Assembly: GCA_965219415.1 (NCBI GenBank) | Contig: CBDCNP010000002.1 | Span: 2,816,001 to 2,880,000, forward strand | Source: Candidatus Marinacidobacterales bacterium | Lineage (GTDB): Bacteria; Acidobacteriota; Vicinamibacteria; Marinacidobacterales; DATDRI01 | DNA length: 64,000 nucleotides | Direction of reading: 5' to 3' | Shown here: positions 62,981 to 64,000 of the stretch, in pieces | Layout of the letters: the number at the start of each line of letters is the position of its first letter | Numbering within the stretch: position 1 is the stretch's first letter | Program-made: the position numbers and the translations under genes | Notes under the pieces: model-generated | What the model was told of the DNA's origin: nothing | What the model saw: only the letters and a program-made list of their open reading frames with translations | Databases searched by the model: none

Positions 62981-64000
62981 AGTTCTGACGGAAAAACAGT
63001 GTAACTCATTGTGTGGAAAAGGTATCGAGTACTTCATCAGGTGCTGAAAAGTGGTCCATTTTTAGGATAGGCTAACCGAGTGAAAAATTCCCAGTCGATC
63101 CGCTCGCTGTTTGCGCTGCCAGGTTTCGTGGTTGGTGCCGGATTGAAGGGTCTATTCGGTGACCGATACGCCCGTGTCATCCAGCTCAAGAGGCGAAAAA
63201 AACAGCTGTGTGCTCTTACTGTGGGCAACGGTGCCGGGGGCGCTATGACAAGCAAGTGTGCCGGGTCCGCGACCTGTCGTTGGCAGGCTGGCGGATCTAT
63301 CTGGAATACGAGCGTTGGCGCGTCAACTGTTCTGGGTGCGGCGGTGTGCATGTAGAACACCTAGACTGGCTGGCGAACAACTCGCGCTACACCCAGCGTT
63401 TTGCGACGCATGTGGGCAAGCTGTGCCGGGATATGCCGAACAAGGCGGTGGCCGAGATGGAACGTCTGCACCACGGTACGGTGAAGGCTCTGGATACGCT
63501 CTACATGCAAGAGCAGGTCGACCGGGCGGGGCTACCGGCGCCTCGGGCCATCGGTGTCGATGAGATCTCCATCCGCAAGGGACATAACTATCGCGTCATT
63601 GTCAGCGGCCTGGAGCGGGCGCGTCCCATCTGGGTGGGCGGTGAGGGTCGCAAAGAAACCGACATCGATTTGTTCTTCAAGGCGCTGGGCGGAAAGAAAA
63701 GCGCCCGTATCAAGCTGGCCGCCATGGATATGTGGAAGCCCTTCCGGAACTCGGTGATTCACAACGCGCCTAATGCGCGGATCATCTTCGACAAGTTTCA
63801 TATCATGCGTCATCTGTCAAAGGCCCTCGATGAGGTCCGGCGCGGTGAGTACAAACGCCTCAGCGGCAAGGACCGGTCGTATATCAAGGGGCAGCGTTAC
63901 ACTTTGCTTTCCCGGCGGGAGAACCTGAGCCTAGACGGTCGCCGCGCACTCAAAAAGTTGCTCCAGGCCAACCGGCGCCTGAACACCGCCTATATTTTGA
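62981..64000 (+). mobile_element. ISL3-family insertion sequence, truncated by the window end
   Basis: Putative left end AGTTCTGACGGAAAA at ~62981, followed by the transposase. Confidence 0.8.
63080..64000 (+). CDS. ISL3 transposase, two frames joined at an A7 run; partial
   Basis: Frame 0 reads ...FGDRYARVIQLKRRK. The -1 frame (manual translation) reads KTAVCSYCG...VRDLS...RVNCSGCG...AIGVDEISIRKGHNY...MDMWKPF...FDKFH and stays open to the window end. Confidence 0.88.

Overview
GC-rich bacterial chromosomal window made mostly of housekeeping genes. The gene families suggest an Acidobacteriota (possibly Vicinamibacteria-like) genome, but that is inference only. Contents in order: a partial radical SAM gene; a PFK with the PPi-type signature; a damaged Ser/Thr kinase-beta-propeller gene; a dcw cluster on the minus strand (mraZ-rsmH-ftsL-ftsI-murE-murF-mraY-murD-ftsW-murG-murC-murB-ftsQ-ftsA-ftsZ, no ddl) with MraZ boxes; a YchF-like protein with degenerate nucleotide-binding motifs; two GT2 genes; a frameshifted AsmA-like gene; an intact archaeal-type topoisomerase VI operon (top6B-top6A); lpxC behind a consensus sigma54 promoter with two TGT-N12-ACA enhancer-like sites; an ECF sigma-STAS cluster; a bEBP-lapAB-comF-pseudonuclease cluster; rplU-rpmA-obgE-nadD-rsfS; a TPR-lipoprotein-(peptidase/beta-propeller/Omp85) cluster; dprA-topA-trmFO-xerC; NHL and TPR-kinase genes; galU; serS; an EAL protein; and adjacent IS256 and ISL3 elements at the right end. 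A modular GC-rich intergenic repeat family (GGGGCCCCACCCCC core) occurs six times. No tRNA, rRNA or CRISPR array was seen. Best leads: (1) a possible sigma54/bEBP/LapAB circuit controlling lpxC, (2) bacterial topo VI with a Lys-rich tail, (3) the protease-propeller-Omp85 module. All product calls come from motif recognition, not database searches.
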